Assembly: GCA_963760715.1 (NCBI GenBank)
Contig: CAVXDY010000007.1
Span: 220,968-244,967, forward strand
Reading direction: 5' to 3'
Source: Miltoncostaeaceae bacterium
Lineage (GTDB): Bacteria; Actinomycetota; Thermoleophilia; Miltoncostaeales; Miltoncostaeaceae
Length of the DNA stretch: 24,000 nt
Below the pieces are notes generated by a model. That model saw only the letters and a list, made by a program, of their open reading frames with translations, did not search any database and had not been told where the DNA came from. A program made the translations under genes and the position numbers. Of this stretch, positions 22,996 through 24,000 are shown piece after piece; the stretch's first letter is position 1; each line of letters begins with the position of its first letter.

Positions 22996-23955
22996 CTACG
23001 CCCCGAGGCCGATCGGCTTCGGGAAGCGGTGACGCAGGCCGTACCGGTACGGCTTGGCCGCGCCGGCCCACGTCGCGTCGCGGGTGTACGTCTCGGTCCA
23101 GATGACCTGGCCGGCGGGGATGATCAGGTCGAAGCTGAAGGTCATCAGCCCGATCATCTCCTTGGGCGGGAGCTCGTAGCCCAGGTTGTCGTAGGGCGTG
23201 GCCTGCATGAACCAGTTGAAGCTGGCCGGGCTGGCCGTGCGGATCGACTCGGGCTTCACCTGGAAGCGGTGGGTCCCCTCGGTCTCCGGGCGCCCGACGG
23301 CCGTCGCGAGGTCCTGGGTGACCATCGATGGCATGTAGACGAGCTGCCACACCGACTGCGAGACGTCGGGGCTCGTGACCACCTTCATGTTGAGGCGCCC
23401 GTAGTCCGTGTTGCCGTAGAAGGCGGGCTTCGCCGAGAGCTCGGCGTCGTCGTAGCTGCCCGTCGTGGAGTGCATGACGTAGCCCAGCCGGATCATGAGG
23501 AACGAGAAGTAGTCGAACTGGTAGTTCTTCCCGTCCATCACGCCGTACCCGTCGTCGGGCGCCCCGCCGTGCTCGAGCACGCGGATGAAGGCGTCCTTCT
23601 TGGGGAAGCCGAGCACCCGGCCGGCGTCGATGCCGGCGTCCTGGGTGAGGTACATGTACGGGTAGTAGCCGCCGTAGTAGTTCGTGCCGTCGCCGCCCTT
23701 GTGGCTCGCGGCGATCGTGACGCCCATCTCCCCGTAGGGGCCGATCATCGTGTTGTTGTGGTTGACGTACCAGAACTCGACGATGTCGTCCTCGAGCTCC
23801 ATGCAGTCGGGGAGCACCCGCCGCAGGTGCTTCTCGTCGGCGCGGTAGAAGAACGCCGACCACCGGGAGTTGGTGTAGGTCAGCGGAAGGGTGTCGATGT
23901 CCCAGAGCGGGTCGGCGAGGCCGCCGATGAACGCGGTCTTCTCGTGGCGCTTCAC
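22996..23955 (-). CDS. Acetoacetate decarboxylase (ADC) family protein
   Basis: 319 aa. It is collinear by eye with clostridial Adc: ..SAFFYRADEKHLRRVLPDCMELEDDIVEFWYV.. and GRVLGFPKK, which matches the GRELSAYPKK region holding the catalytic Lys pair. The start is GTG 23955 and could lie further upstream near the window edge. Confidence 0.7.
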   Translation of the reverse strand: MKRHEKTAFIGGLADPLWDIDTLPLTYTNSRWSAFFYRADEKHLRRVLPDCMELEDDIVEFWYVNHNNTMIGPYGEMGVTIAASHKGGDGTNYYGGYYPYMYLTQDAGIDAGRVLGFPKKDAFIRVLEHGGAPDDGYGVMDGKNYQFDYFSFLMIRLGYVMHSTTGSYDDAELSAKPAFYGNTDYGRLNMKVVTSPDVSQSVWQLVYMPSMVTQDLATAVGRPETEGTHRFQVKPESIRTASPASFNWFMQATPYDNLGYELPPKEMIGLMTFSFDLIIPAGQVIWTETYTRDATWAGAAKPYRYGLRHRFPKPIGLGA

Positions 23956-24000
23956 GGGGGGAGGCGGGACCTCTCCGGTGTCGGCGCCGGGGATCTGAGT

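Noticed and set aside
1-24000. Search for CRISPR arrays, tRNA/rRNA genes, IS elements, integrases, toxin-antitoxin pairs or known defence-system genes
   Set aside because: I saw no regularly spaced repeats, no cloverleaf-like or rRNA-like segments in the few intergenic gaps, and no transposase, recombinase or known defence domains in any convincing ORF. Absence is judged by eye only.

Overview
This is very G+C-rich, actinobacterium-like chromosomal DNA. It has many GTG starts, 4-nt start/stop overlaps and long spurious antisense ORFs in every frame. I chose real frames from recognisable protein motifs plus G/C bias at third codon positions. I did not compute GC content and ran no searches. 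The core (about 1955-17150, all on the minus strand) reads as one tightly packed operon for a cytosolic, Tat-less group 1h (formerly group 5, Hhy / actinobacterial-type) [NiFe]-hydrogenase. In transcription order it contains hypC, a second atypical hypC-like gene, hypD, hypE, the small subunit, the large subunit, a NifU/Rieske-like protein, three consecutive proteins of unknown function, the maturation endopeptidase, hypA, hypB, a tandem-SIS protein and hypF, followed by an alpha/beta hydrolase and a SnoaL-like protein. The left flank holds a possible STAS protein, a beta-carbonic anhydrase and an internally deleted Tat-signal intradiol-dioxygenase-like pseudogene. The right flank starts with a divergently transcribed GNAT-AAA+ ATPase fusion (apparent frameshift near its 3' end) and a cupin. 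Next is an ArsR / SRPBCC / YciI-like trio with a recognisable promoter, a palindrome and an apparently leaderless start. The window ends with a minus-strand set: an ADC-family protein, a strong hairpin, a signal-less DNase I-like EEP nuclease, and a signal-less NlpC/P60 + PG-binding hydrolase coupled to a DUF1345-type membrane protein. I recognised no rRNA, tRNA, CRISPR array, transposase or integrase. The most promising uncharacterised biology is the block of hydrogenase-linked unknowns (8291-11494 and 5535-6749). Nothing here looks like a classical defence island.
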